This document shows positions 63,753 through 64,000 of a stretch of DNA of 64,000 nt, one piece after another. Numbering within the stretch: the first letter of the stretch is position 1; each line of letters begins with the position of its first letter. The position numbers and the translations under genes were made by a program. The stretch is from Phoronis australis (Eukaryota > Animalia > Phoronida), in NCBI GenBank assembly GCA_002633005.1, contig NMRA01000009.1, positions 1,695,858 to 1,759,857 of the forward strand, read 5' to 3'. Below the pieces are notes generated by a model. It ran no database searches. It was given only the letters and a program-made list of their open reading frames with translations, and had not been told where the DNA came from.

Positions 63753-64000
63753 ATACATGCCCGCCATTGTAAGACTTGGAGATGAGATTTCTGACAAGTT
63801 TCCATCTTATTTATAGTTTTTAGTTAGCCTTTGGTTAAGCATCATGGTCTGTTACCAGCTGTCATACTCTACAGAAATTTACATACCAAGTTTGCGATCA
63901 AGACTGATTAGTAACACATATCTGTCCATCTTGAAGGTTAAGTTTGTATGCCAAATTTCCCGCGGAGTTTAGCGCCTACTAGCGACAATAGTGTGTACTT

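Overview
This is AT-rich, intron-rich animal (invertebrate-type) genomic DNA, not prokaryotic, so most ORFs in the six-frame track are spurious or are exon fragments. Three spliced genes can be rebuilt by hand with phase-consistent GT-AG exons. (1) An ANKRD13-family ankyrin/UIM gene on + (1063-11538), with its 5' end outside the window. (2) An SLC13 Na+/carboxylate-sulfate cotransporter on + (21866-44656), with a duplicated alternative last exon. (3) MTBP on - (49251 to at least 61347), with a U12-type minor intron and probably a 12-nt microexon. Introns and intergenic DNA are full of minisatellites, tRNA-derived elements and non-autonomous DNA transposons (Crypton-V-like hairpin element; Harbinger-, piggyBac-, Kolobok- and Academ-like MITEs). 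The most unusual item is an ~860-bp CpG-rich insert upstream of the SLC13 start codon. It carries an intronless, very compact ubiquitin-specific protease fragment followed by a TATA box and a first-exon-like segment, which suggests a captured piece of a virus or large mobile element. All family assignments come from motif recognition by eye; no database search was run.
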